Shown: positions 53,542 through 63,193, numbered from the stretch's first letter. The stretch is DNA of 64,000 nucleotides from Pseudomonadota bacterium (GCA_046484535.1 JAWOIT010000090.1:190-64189); one strand, 5' to 3'. Translations and numbers: made by a program. The notes: a model not told the origin generated them from the sequence alone.

Positions 53542-54870
53542 ATGAACAAGAGTGAATTTTCCCGCCGCCGCAAGCGCCTGATGCAGGCGATGGGGCGTGA
53601 CAGTATTGCCATTCTTCCAAGCTCACCGGTACGCCCGCGCAACCGGGATGTGGAGTACCCCTACCGCCCGGACAGCGACTTTTACTACACCACCGGTTTT
53701 CCGGAGCAGGAGGCGGTGGCGGTGTTGGTGCCGGGACGGGAGCACGGTGAGTACATCCTCTTCTGCCGTGAGAACGACCCGCTGATGGAGACCTGGAACG
53801 GCCGACGCGCCGGTCTCGAGGGGGCGATCGAGCAGTACGGGGCCGATGACGCCTTCCCCATCACCGATATAGACGAAATCCTGCCGGGTCTTTTGGAGAA
53901 CCGGGAGCGGGTCTACTATGCCATGGGCTGCAATACCGACTTTGACCGCCAGGTGATGGAGTGGATCAACCTGCTGCGCAAAAAATCCCGCGCCGGTATT
54001 CACACCCCGGGGGAGTTCATCGCCCTGGACCACCTGCTGCACGATATGCGCCTCTACAAGAGCGCCGCCGAGGCCAAAACCATGCGCAAGGCGGCGCAGA
54101 TCTCCGCCAAGGCGCACAAACGGGCCATGCGTACCTGCCGACCGGGGATGATGGAGTACCAGTTGGAGTCGGAGATCATTCACGAGTGCATGCACCACGG
54201 CGCCCGCTTTCAGGCCTACCCCTCCATTGTCGGTGGTGGGGAAAATGGCTGTATTCTGCACTACACGGAGAATGAGGCGCCACTGAAGGAGGGGGAGCTG
54301 GTGCTTATCGATGCGGGCTGTGAATACGAGTGTTACGCCTCGGATATCACCCGCACCTTCCCGGTGGGCGGCACCTTCAGCAAGGCCCAGCGTGAGCTCT
54401 ATGAGGTGGTGCTGGAGGCGAACTATGCCGCCATCGAGCAGGTCAAGCCGGAGAACCACTGGAACCAGCCCCACGAGGCGGCGGTAAAGGTGCTGACCCG
54501 CGGTCTGGTCAAGCTCGGCCTGCTCAAGGGGCGGGTCGACAGCCTGATTAAAAAAGAGGCCTACCGGGACTTTTTCATGCACCGCACCGGCCACTGGCTG
54601 GGCATGGATGTGCACGACGTGGGCGACTATAAGGTCGGCGAGGAGTGGCGCGTGCTGGAGCCGGGGATGGTGCTGACCATCGAACCGGGGCTCTACGTGG
54701 CGCCGGGCGGCAAAGTGGCCAAAAAATGGTGGGGGATCGGCATCCGCATCGAGGACGATGTGCTGGTGACCCGGGACGGCTGTGAGGTCCTGAGCCGTGA
54801 CGTCCCCAAGGAGCCCGATGAGATCGAGGCGCTGATGGCGGGAACAACACAGCGGAAAACAAAAAAATGA
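53542..54870 (+). CDS. pepP: Xaa-Pro aminopeptidase
   Basis: RPDSDFYYTTGF, LIDAGCEYECYASDITRTFP, HRTGHWLGMDVHD, TIEPG, IRIEDD. Confidence 0.93.
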   Translation: MNKSEFSRRRKRLMQAMGRDSIAILPSSPVRPRNRDVEYPYRPDSDFYYTTGFPEQEAVAVLVPGREHGEYILFCRENDPLMETWNGRRAGLEGAIEQYGADDAFPITDIDEILPGLLENRERVYYAMGCNTDFDRQVMEWINLLRKKSRAGIHTPGEFIALDHLLHDMRLYKSAAEAKTMRKAAQISAKAHKRAMRTCRPGMMEYQLESEIIHECMHHGARFQAYPSIVGGGENGCILHYTENEAPLKEGELVLIDAGCEYECYASDITRTFPVGGTFSKAQRELYEVVLEANYAAIEQVKPENHWNQPHEAAVKVLTRGLVKLGLLKGRVDSLIKKEAYRDFFMHRTGHWLGMDVHDVGDYKVGEEWRVLEPGMVLTIEPGLYVAPGGKVAKKWWGIGIRIEDDVLVTRDGCEVLSRDVPKEPDEIEALMAGTTQRKTKK

Positions 54871-56144
54871 ACAACGATTTCGACCTGCTGGTAGTCGGTG
54901 GCGGAATGGTGGGGGCCAGTCTGGCCCATGCGCTGAAAGGCAGCGGTTTGCGCATCGGACTTATCGAGGCGGTGCCGCTCTATGAGCCGAACCAGCCCAG
55001 TTACGACGCCCGCGCCATCGCCCTCTCCTGGGGCTCGCGGCGGATCTTCGAGGGCATGGGAGTGTGGCAGGCGATGGCGCGGGAGGGGGTGACCCCGATC
55101 CGCACCATCAAGGTCTCCGATCGCGGCCACTTCGGCGCCACCCGGATGCAGGCCGCCGAGGAGGGGGTGGAGGCGCTCGGTTATGTCGCCGAGGCGGCGG
55201 TGATCGGCAGGGTGCTGGCAACCGGTCTTGCCAAGTTGCCTGAGGTCGAACTGTTTTGCCCGGCGGTGCTGGAGCATGTCAGTATCGACGAGGAGACGGC
55301 CAGGGTTACGATCCGCCGGGGTGAGGAGCGACGAGAGCTTAACGCGCGCCTGCTGGTGGCCGCCGATGGCGGCCGCTCCACGGTCCGCGAGCAACTCGGC
55401 GCCAGGACCTTCCGCCTCGGTTATGGCCAGACCGCGGTGATTTCCAGTGTGACCACCGACCGCCCCCACGGCGATATCGCCTATGAGCGCTTTACCGACA
55501 GCGGTCCGCTGGCCCTGTTGCCCAATACCGCCCCGCAGTGGATGGACGGCGCCGAAGACGGTGAGCGGCGCTGGTCGGTGGTCTGGACGGTGCATGATAG
55601 GGAGGTGGAGGAACACCTGGCGCTGGATGATGAGGCCTTTCTGACCCGCTTGCAGGCACGACTGGGTCGTCGGGCGGGGAGGCTGGTTTCGGTTTCACCG
55701 CGCCGCGCCTATCCGCTCGGCCTGCAGTACGTGCGTGATCATGTACGCCACCGTGTCGCCTTTATCGGCAACGCCGCCCATTTGATCCATCCGGTTGGCG
55801 GACAGGGCTTTAATCTCGGTCTGCGCGATGTGGCGGTACTGGCCGAGGTTCTGGTGAAGGCGGTAGCGGAAAAGCGCGACCCGGGGACCATGAAAACCCT
55901 GAAAGCGTATGCGGACTGGCGCCGCGCCGACTATCTGCGGGTGATGGGCTTTACCGACAGCCTGGTGCGCACCTTCTCCACCGATTTTCGCCCCCTGGTC
56001 GTGGCCCGCAATCTGGGGATGGTGGCGATGGACCTGCTGCCGCCGCTGCGCCGGCTGTTCACCCGCCAGGCGATGGGGGTCAACGACCGCCAGCCGCGCC
56101 TGGCCGTGGGGCAGCCACTAATTGAACCGCAACAGGGGGAGTAG
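54867..56144 (+). CDS. ubiH: 2-octaprenyl-6-methoxyphenol hydroxylase (FAD monooxygenase)
   Basis: DLLVVGGGMVGASLA, LLVAADGGRSTVRE, GNAAHLIHPVGGQGFNLGLRD. Confidence 0.9.
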   Translation: MNNDFDLLVVGGGMVGASLAHALKGSGLRIGLIEAVPLYEPNQPSYDARAIALSWGSRRIFEGMGVWQAMAREGVTPIRTIKVSDRGHFGATRMQAAEEGVEALGYVAEAAVIGRVLATGLAKLPEVELFCPAVLEHVSIDEETARVTIRRGEERRELNARLLVAADGGRSTVREQLGARTFRLGYGQTAVISSVTTDRPHGDIAYERFTDSGPLALLPNTAPQWMDGAEDGERRWSVVWTVHDREVEEHLALDDEAFLTRLQARLGRRAGRLVSVSPRRAYPLGLQYVRDHVRHRVAFIGNAAHLIHPVGGQGFNLGLRDVAVLAEVLVKAVAEKRDPGTMKTLKAYADWRRADYLRVMGFTDSLVRTFSTDFRPLVVARNLGMVAMDLLPPLRRLFTRQAMGVNDRQPRLAVGQPLIEPQQGE

Positions 56145-56147
56145 ACC

Positions 56148-57359
56148 GTGGATTACGATATTCTGATCGTCGGCGGCGGCATGGTGGGTGCGACCATCGC
56201 CTGCGCCCTGGGTGATACACCGCTTCGCATCGGCGTGGTGGAGGCGACAAAGGCTGAGACCGAATGGCCCGATGAGGGCTTCGATATCCGCGTCAGCGCC
56301 ATCACCCGCGCCACCCAGCGGGTCTTTGCCGCGGTGGGTGCCTGGGAGGGGATGGTGCAGCGTCGGGTCTGCCCCTACCGTCACATGCATGTGTGGGATG
56401 CCACCGGTTCCGGGGCGATCGATTTTGACGCAGCCGATATCGGTGAGCCGGACCTGGGTTTGATCGTCGAGAACCGGGTGATCCTCGCCGCCCTGCTGGA
56501 GCGGATGGCGCGGTTCGACAACATCGAACTGCTCTGCCCGGCCCGGGTGCAGGATTTGGAACGACACACCGACGGCGTGACTCTTACGCTGGAGGACGGA
56601 CGTGCCCTGGGCGCCAAACTGATTGTCGGCGCCGACGGCGCCAACTCCTGGGTGCGCGAACGGGCGGGTATCGACACCACCGGCTGGGCCTACGACCAGA
56701 CCGCCGTGGTGGCGACCATCAAGACCTCACGCTATCACGAAGAGACCTGTTGGCAGCGCTTTATGCCCACCGGCCCCCTGGCCTTCCTGCCGCTGCCCGG
56801 CGGCTACAGCTCCATCGTCTGGTCCACCACCCCGGAGCGGGCCGAAGAGCTGGTGGCGATGGAGCAGAGCCTCTTTCTTGATGAGTTGCAGTCGGCCTTC
56901 GGCGACAAACTGGGGCGGATGGAGTCGACCGGTCCGCGCGGCGCCTTCCCCCTGGTGCTGCGCCACGCCAACCGCTATACCGACAACCGACTGGTGCTGA
57001 CCGGCAACGCCGCTCATGCCATTCATCCGCTGGCCGGACAGGGTCTCAACCTGGGCGTTTCCGATGCCGCGGCACTGGCGGAAGTGTTGCTGGAGGCCGA
57101 CAAGGCCAAGCAGGATATTGGCGATATGGGGGTGTTGCGCCGCTACGAGCGCTGGCGCAAGGCGGACAACCTGGCGGTGATGGCGGCGATGGACGGTTTC
57201 AAACGCCTGTTCAGTAACGATAACCGCGCGCTCAAAGTGTTGCGCAATGCGGGGCTTAATGTCGCCGACAAACTGTCGCCGGCGAAGAACCTGGTGATCC
57301 GTCGGGCGATGGGTCTGAGCGGAGATCTGCCGCGCCTCTCCCGCGGCCGGGGGCTGTAA
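56148..57359 (+). CDS. ubiI: UbiH/UbiF/VisC/Coq6-family ubiquinone hydroxylase (UbiI/VisC position)
   Basis: GTG start. DILIVGGGMVGATIA, LIVGADGANSWVRE, GNAAHAIHPLAGQGLNLGVSD. Confidence 0.85.
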   Translation: MDYDILIVGGGMVGATIACALGDTPLRIGVVEATKAETEWPDEGFDIRVSAITRATQRVFAAVGAWEGMVQRRVCPYRHMHVWDATGSGAIDFDAADIGEPDLGLIVENRVILAALLERMARFDNIELLCPARVQDLERHTDGVTLTLEDGRALGAKLIVGADGANSWVRERAGIDTTGWAYDQTAVVATIKTSRYHEETCWQRFMPTGPLAFLPLPGGYSSIVWSTTPERAEELVAMEQSLFLDELQSAFGDKLGRMESTGPRGAFPLVLRHANRYTDNRLVLTGNAAHAIHPLAGQGLNLGVSDAAALAEVLLEADKAKQDIGDMGVLRRYERWRKADNLAVMAAMDGFKRLFSNDNRALKVLRNAGLNVADKLSPAKNLVIRRAMGLSGDLPRLSRGRGL

Positions 57360-57598
57360 GAGAAACGGTTGGCGCGGAGTACACAGAGACTCATTAATTG
57401 GAATTACCCGATAGTATCGCCCTGCCGCTGAGCCTGGCGGTGCTGAGGGAAATCGGCTGCAGCGATTAGTCGGAATTACCGGATGTGTCTATACTGATGA
57501 AAAATATAAGCAAAAGACCTGCTGTTTGTCTTCGGAACGCTGCAGTATATTGGCGAAACATGGATATTTCGAATCACTGGTAGCATGTTGGAGTTTTC

Positions 57599-60500
57599 GT
57601 GAACAAGCGAACTGCGCCCCGCTTTCCTATTACCCTCGATGTTAACGTAACGTTCCCTTCAACCAAGGTGGATACCTGTACAGTACGGGACTACTGCGCC
57701 GGTGGAATGTATCTGATATGCAACAGGGAAGGGAAGCCCGTGGAGAGTGTCCGGCTCGGTGATAGCGTGACTATCGAGTTTGACGATCCATTGAGAAATT
57801 CTTCACATAGGTTCCATATAGAGGCGCATGTGGTGCATTTTGAAGACCACGGTATGGGTGTTGCCTTCACCCGGAACGATACGGAGATGGTTGTCGCATT
57901 GTCCCAGCTGGCGCTAAGCCAATCGGCCGGCGGCAGCGGTGTGGCCGGCAGCGCCGTGGCGGCCGAGACCTATGGGCGCAAAGCGGTAGCGCAGCTGATT
58001 AGCTATATTGAGGCCGGAAGCCGAAGACAAATCAATACGATCCTGGATGAGTTTTTTAGAAAGGCGCCCGAGGCTCTGTTCGATGCTGCGAGTGGGGCCG
58101 AGAACAATGCAGGGCAGTCTGCCTATATCGGTGCCGTGAACGAGCTGCGCAAGAACAGTGAATTGTTACGCACGGCATTTCATGAACGCTTTAACGAGCA
58201 GTTTGAATTGCTCTCCACGCCGGGTTTTCGCAATCGTTACAGACAGGAGGCGACTGCCCGGGGAGAGTTGTCGCTGCTTGAGAGTAATGAGCTGGACACC
58301 TGGCTTACAGTGCGTGCCGTGTCATCCCAATTGGAGGAGCGCCTGGGGGAAACACTCGAGGCACTGGAGACCCGCTTTGAAGAGATATCAGCCAATCCGG
58401 TTAACCTGGAAAATAATCCGATTGGCCCTTTCGTCATAGTCTCGATATTTCTTGATACGCTTAATCGGCTAGCCCTCGAAGAGGCGTCGGTAAAGCTGCT
58501 CTTATCGGTGATGAAGGCAAGCCTTGGCGAAAAACTAAAAGCGCTGTATGACGAATTGAATGAAACGATGATTGCCCATGGCATTCTGCCTACGGTTCAC
58601 AAAACAATGGAGGTGGTCAAAAAGCCTGACGGGGATGATATTTTCGTTACCACTCCTCCGCCGGCGCCAAGACGGCGGCAGGCGGGCGGTCACGCCACCG
58701 GTGAGGGGGGAATGGACTTCACTGGGCAGCCTGCGCCAACGCTGACTGCTTTACGACCGCGAAACGATCATGCCACCGGAGCACAGGCAGAGGAACGGAA
58801 GACAAAGCTCGCCTATGCATCAAAGAAGACAGGTCAGTCCCCCCACTCAGCGTCACCCTCCAGCGCGGCCAACTCATCGCCGGCATCGAGCAAAACAACA
58901 ATCTTTCGGGAAAATGAGCAGACTACACAGCGTGATGACTCCGGTGGACCCTCACCCCGTGTCTCAAATTCATCATCACCGTCCAATACGACGAACCCCG
59001 CCCACGCGATACATGAACTGGTGCAATTACAATCTTCACTCGGTGCTGAGAAAGCCGGAGTACATCCTCCACCTGAAGCTTATTTCACCAGTGAGCAGCT
59101 GATCACCGCGCTGGACCGGATTGACCGACCCGCCCTCAAGGGTATTGCTGAGCGTGACCGTATCAGTTCCATTGAGCAGGCGCTGTCCGCAGCTCTGGGT
59201 GAGGAGGGGTTGGCTCTCGATGAGGGCGATAAGGACTCCATCACCTATGTCGGAGGCCTACTCAGCTCCATCAACGAGGATGTGCTGGTTGCCGAGCAGG
59301 CGAGACAGTGGTTCAGGCAGCTTGAGGTGCCGTTGCTGGTAGCCGGTTTGCTGGACGACACGTTGCAAATGGATGAGTCGCATCCGGCAAGGGAGTTGCT
59401 TAACCGGCTTGAGGCCGTCGGCGATTTGCTGCAAGGCGACGATTCCGTCTCTACGCGCGAAGCACGGCAACGCATAGAGTCGATCCTCCAGAGGGTCGGC
59501 GAGAAGGTTAAGTCAGACCCGGGCGTCTTTGCCGAGGCACTCAATGATTTGACTGAAGTACAAGATTTTGTAGAGGAAAGTTATGAGGAAAACGTCACCA
59601 AATTGATTGAGCGGTGTGAGCGGGAAAAAAACCTCGATCAGGCGCGACGAAAGATCCTGAATGAACTGAATCGACGTCTGGGGAAGCAGAAGGTGCCGTT
59701 GGTGGTTCTGAATCTTCTCGATTCGGGTTGGAAAAACCTTCTTCTGCGAACCTTGTTGAAGGAAGGTGCCGATAGCGCTTCCTTTAACGGCTATCTAAAC
59801 GTAATCGACCGCCTCGCAGCCAGACTTACCGGTCAGGCGACCCATCGGGTTGATGCTGTTATGCCTGATGACGAGCTGCTGGAGTGGGTGGCGCAAATGC
59901 TTAATAAGGTATCATCCAATGAACAGAGGAACGAGCAGCTGTATGATGAAATCGTTGAAGGTTTGGCGGCAAACTCCACATCACAGATCGAGGCGCGCTA
60001 TGTTCCGGCATTGATCTCCAGGTCAGTCACTCATCAAAACAGGACTGATACACACAAGCCCGAAGAGGTTTCCGATGATGTATGGTCCCTCATGCTGGAG
60101 GATGCCAGGGAGCTTAACTATCGGGAGGTTTTTCTTTTCAATGAAAAAGGTTCGGCTGGTGTACAGGTTAATTTTATCTGGCAGGATGGAGCGCGGCGAT
60201 TTGTCTTTGCCGATAACCGAGGCCATAAGGTATTGGATCTTGAGTTGGGCGAAGTGGCAAGTGCTCTATACAATAAAATACTTATCCGTATTAATGAAAA
60301 AGCGTTATCCGTCACCGAACGGGCAACCTATAATTTTCTGCAGACATTGCACAACCGGATCACTTATCAAGCAAATCACGATGGTTTGACCGGTCTGCCC
60401 AACCGTAGGTTCTTCATGCTGGAGTTGGAGAAGGCGATGGATGATGCCAAGAGCTGTAAGGCGACGCACGTGCTTGCTTATTTTGATCTGGATCGGTTCA

Positions 60501-61648
60501 ATCTTGTTAATAATACGTGCGGACATGCCGAAGGAGATGTGCTACTCGGTAAGATCGCGACGGTGTTACGTGAAAATATAGGTGATGATGGGCTGATCGC
60601 CCGCCTGGGCGGCGATGAGTTCGGTATTATTCTTCGTAACGTAAACCTCAGCGATGGGCTCAAGCAGTTAACCGCTATACACGATAGTGTCAGGAATATT
60701 CGTTTCGCCTGTGAGAATAACGAATTTAAGGTGACCTGCAGTATGGGGGTTGCCGAGATCAGTGAAAGGAGTGACAGCGCCGGCCACCTTCTTAGCGCTG
60801 TGGATTCCGCGGCCTTTGCCGCCAAGGATAGCGGTCGTGACAATATCCAGGTTTACAATACGGACAATCAGCGCATCTCCAGTCGAGAAGATGTTCTGAG
60901 CTGGGTAGGCAGAATCAATGTATTGTTTGAGAAAAATCTGATTAAGCTTCGCTGCCAAAAGATCGCGCCCTTACACAAAGCGACTGATTCTCTGCCGCAT
61001 TACGAAGTGTTGCTGGATGTGCAGGATGAGAATGGTAACAAGGTCCCGGTGGAGGAGTTTATTGTTGCCGCCGAACGCTACAACCGAATTCTCGATATCG
61101 ATACCTGGGTGGTGAACTATATCTTCGGCTGGTTGGAGAAGTACGCAAGTAAACTGAATTTAATAAGCAATCTTTCGGTTAATCTGTCTGGAGTTTCGCT
61201 GGGAAATCGCCGTTTCATTGATCGCCTGTACGAGCGCCTTAGCAGCACCGGCTTTCCCGCCGGCAAACTCTGTTTTGAGGTGACGGAGACGGTTGCCATG
61301 CGTGACCTTGAAGCATCGGCGCGCTTCATGCGTAAGCTTAAGGAGACCGGGTGTTTATTTTCATTGGATGACTTCGGCAGCGGCAGTTCATCATACGCCT
61401 ATCTGCGATCACTGCCGATCGACTATATTAAGGTCGATGCCGCCTTCGTCAAGGACATCGCCACCAATACAGACGACTATGCGGTGGTCAAATCGATCAA
61501 CGAGATCGGCCATGTTATGGGCAAACAAACGGTGGCGGAGGGGGTTGAGAACGATTTCGCCTACCAGCTTTTGCATGATATCGGGGTCGATTTTGTGCAG
61601 GGCTTTGGGGTGGAAAAACCGATCCCGCTCTATCAGCTCTTCCGTTGA
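57599..61648 (+). CDS. Multidomain c-di-GMP protein: N-terminal PilZ-like domain + long DUF1631-like helical region + GGDEF + EAL
   Basis: GTG start. PilZ motifs RTAPR ... DYCAGG. Ser/Pro-rich linker. GGDEF (GLPNRRFF, RLGGDEFGII). EAL-domain motifs (YEVLLD, FEVTET, DDFGSGSSSYAYL, VAEGVEN, QGFGVEKP). Confidence 0.9.
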   Translation: MNKRTAPRFPITLDVNVTFPSTKVDTCTVRDYCAGGMYLICNREGKPVESVRLGDSVTIEFDDPLRNSSHRFHIEAHVVHFEDHGMGVAFTRNDTEMVVALSQLALSQSAGGSGVAGSAVAAETYGRKAVAQLISYIEAGSRRQINTILDEFFRKAPEALFDAASGAENNAGQSAYIGAVNELRKNSELLRTAFHERFNEQFELLSTPGFRNRYRQEATARGELSLLESNELDTWLTVRAVSSQLEERLGETLEALETRFEEISANPVNLENNPIGPFVIVSIFLDTLNRLALEEASVKLLLSVMKASLGEKLKALYDELNETMIAHGILPTVHKTMEVVKKPDGDDIFVTTPPPAPRRRQAGGHATGEGGMDFTGQPAPTLTALRPRNDHATGAQAEERKTKLAYASKKTGQSPHSASPSSAANSSPASSKTTIFRENEQTTQRDDSGGPSPRVSNSSSPSNTTNPAHAIHELVQLQSSLGAEKAGVHPPPEAYFTSEQLITALDRIDRPALKGIAERDRISSIEQALSAALGEEGLALDEGDKDSITYVGGLLSSINEDVLVAEQARQWFRQLEVPLLVAGLLDDTLQMDESHPARELLNRLEAVGDLLQGDDSVSTREARQRIESILQRVGEKVKSDPGVFAEALNDLTEVQDFVEESYEENVTKLIERCEREKNLDQARRKILNELNRRLGKQKVPLVVLNLLDSGWKNLLLRTLLKEGADSASFNGYLNVIDRLAARLTGQATHRVDAVMPDDELLEWVAQMLNKVSSNEQRNEQLYDEIVEGLAANSTSQIEARYVPALISRSVTHQNRTDTHKPEEVSDDVWSLMLEDARELNYREVFLFNEKGSAGVQVNFIWQDGARRFVFADNRGHKVLDLELGEVASALYNKILIRINEKALSVTERATYNFLQTLHNRITYQANHDGLTGLPNRRFFMLELEKAMDDAKSCKATHVLAYFDLDRFNLVNNTCGHAEGDVLLGKIATVLRENIGDDGLIARLGGDEFGIILRNVNLSDGLKQLTAIHDSVRNIRFACENNEFKVTCSMGVAEISERSDSAGHLLSAVDSAAFAAKDSGRDNIQVYNTDNQRISSREDVLSWVGRINVLFEKNLIKLRCQKIAPLHKATDSLPHYEVLLDVQDENGNKVPVEEFIVAAERYNRILDIDTWVVNYIFGWLEKYASKLNLISNLSVNLSGVSLGNRRFIDRLYERLSSTGFPAGKLCFEVTETVAMRDLEASARFMRKLKETGCLFSLDDFGSGSSSYAYLRSLPIDYIKVDAAFVKDIATNTDDYAVVKSINEIGHVMGKQTVAEGVENDFAYQLLHDIGVDFVQGFGVEKPIPLYQLFR

Positions 61649-61713
61649 CAGTGAACTTTTTGCCGTAACATTCTGTTTCGCCGATGCGGTGTGGCGAACG
61701 GTAGTCAGGATGC

Positions 61714-61742
61714 TTGGTTTTGTCCGGTGCCGGCGGTATAGT
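61714..61742 (+). promoter_or_regulatory. Sigma70-like promoter of the glycine-riboswitch transcript
   Basis: TTGGTT - 17 nt - TATAGT, ~20 nt upstream of the first aptamer. Confidence 0.5.
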
Positions 61743-61759
61743 GCAGCCTCAACTATGGT

Positions 61760-61925
61760 TTTTGTGGGAGAGCGCGGCCCCAAGTTGTTAGGAGTGCCGC
61801 CGCCGAAGGCGCAACCAGCCCGGAAACGCTCAGGCAAAAGGACCACTGCAACCGGTTGACTCTGGAGAGAGGCTGCCAGACAGCCCACCGAAGGGGCCAA
61901 GCTCTCAGGTGCCGGGACAGAGGGG
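61760..61925 (+). promoter_or_regulatory. Tandem glycine riboswitch (two aptamers)
   Basis: Aptamer 1: GGGAGAG...CGCCGAAGGCGCAA...CUCAGGCAAAAGGAC. Aptamer 2: CUCUGGAGAG...CACCGAAGGGGCCAA...CUCAGGUGCCGGGACAGAGG. Both match the conserved glycine-aptamer core as I know it. Confidence 0.85.
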
Positions 61926-61965
61926 CGACGAAAGGTTTTAGCGACTTTTCGTCGCCCTTTTTTTA
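61922..61965 (+). terminator. Riboswitch expression-platform terminator
   Basis: gggcgacgaaa-N13-tttcgtcgccc followed by ttttttt. Its 5' arm abuts or overlaps the 3' end of aptamer 2. Confidence 0.75.
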
Positions 61966-61970
61966 TTTAT

Positions 61971-62094
61971 AGCCACAGAGAACACTGAGGTCACGGAGAG
62001 GGAATGCCCAGGCAGCCTGGCTTCTGCCCGGCGTCTTCATGAAGTGGACCGGGCAGACGGGTTCTTCTCGGTGCGCTCTGTGGTCTCTGTGGCT
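61971..62094. repeat. REPIN-like element, family B (copy B4)
   Basis: agccacagagaacactgaggtcacggagaggg ... ctcggtgcgctctgtggtctctgtggct. Confidence 0.85.
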
Positions 62095-62116
62095 AAACAT
62101 TTTTAGGGTAGTGCTT

Positions 62117-63016
62117 TTGGCAAATAGCGAAACAGACATCCCGGTCTTCGACCATTCCGCCGAGCCCAATGTCGGACGGATGCCGGCGTGGGTACGCCAG
62201 TCCCTGGCAGGCGGCGGTTATAGTGAGACAGCGGGGCTGGTACATGGTAATCGGTTGACCACCGTCTGCGAGGAGGCGCGCTGTCCCAATCGCGGTGAGT
62301 GCTGGGGGCGGGGCACCGCCACCTTTATGCTGTTGGGGGATACCTGCACCCGTGCCTGTGGTTTCTGTGCGGTAAAGACCGGCCGGCCCGGAACCGTGGA
62401 CGAGGATGAGCCGCGTCGTATCATCGAGGCGATCGAGCGTTTACAACTGGAGTATGTGGTGCTGACCTCGGTCAACCGCGACGAGCTGCCCGATGGTGGC
62501 AGCAACATCTTCGCCGCCACACTGCAAGGGCTGCGGGAGTGCATGCCCTCACTGGGCCTTGAGGTGCTGACACCCGACTTCCGTGGTTGTCAGGAGCAGG
62601 CGGTTGCGCAACTTAAGGCCGCACTCGGCGAGGAGGGGCGACTGGTCTGGGGCCACAATGTGGAGACCGTGCCCTCGCTCTACAAAACCGTGCGTAAGGG
62701 GGCCAAATACGAGCGATCCCTGCGCATGCTGGAGCTGGCCGCCGCCGAGCCCCACATGGAGGCCAAGTCGGCCATGATGTTGGGGCTGGGCGAGCGTTTC
62801 GATGAAGTGGTGGCGGTGATGCGCGACCTGCGAGAGGTCGGTGTCAGTCGCTTGGCCCTGGGACAGTATCTGCGTCCGACCCGCTACCACCTGCCGGTGA
62901 GGGAGTATGTGGAACCGGCGCGGTTTGCCGAGTATGAACAGGCGGCAAGGGAGCTGGGCTTTTCCCGGGTCAAGGCCGGGGCGATGGTGCGCAGCTCCTA
63001 CCACGCTGAAGAGTAA
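62117..63016 (+). CDS. lipA: Lipoyl synthase
   Basis: VCEEARCPNRGECW and radical-SAM CTRACGFCAV. The N-terminus IPVFDHSAEPNVGRMPAWVRQSL aligns with E. coli [24 protein letters not shown], so the start must lie upstream of ATG 62180. TTG 62117 (AGGG 8 nt upstream) is proposed; the ORF-track start 62039 lies inside repeat B4. Confidence 0.9.
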   Translation: MANSETDIPVFDHSAEPNVGRMPAWVRQSLAGGGYSETAGLVHGNRLTTVCEEARCPNRGECWGRGTATFMLLGDTCTRACGFCAVKTGRPGTVDEDEPRRIIEAIERLQLEYVVLTSVNRDELPDGGSNIFAATLQGLRECMPSLGLEVLTPDFRGCQEQAVAQLKAALGEEGRLVWGHNVETVPSLYKTVRKGAKYERSLRMLELAAAEPHMEAKSAMMLGLGERFDEVVAVMRDLREVGVSRLALGQYLRPTRYHLPVREYVEPARFAEYEQAARELGFSRVKAGAMVRSSYHAEE

Positions 63017-63019
63017 GTA

Positions 63020-63170
63020 TTCAACGCAAAGGCGCAAAGAACGCAAAGTTGATCATTTCGATACTGGTTTTGTGCTGCTTCAGTGAGGGGTAAGGAGTGT
63101 TTGGAAACTCCATCGGCCAATAAGCTGTTAGATCCTTTGCGACCTTAGCGTCTTTGCGCCTTTGCGTTAG
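63020..63170. repeat. REPIN-like element, family A (copy A4)
   Basis: ttcaacgcaaaggcgcaaagaacgcaaag ... cctttgcgaccttagcgtctttgcgcctttgcgttag. Confidence 0.85.
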
Positions 63171-63193
63171 ATTTTAGTTTCAGGAGAGTTATC

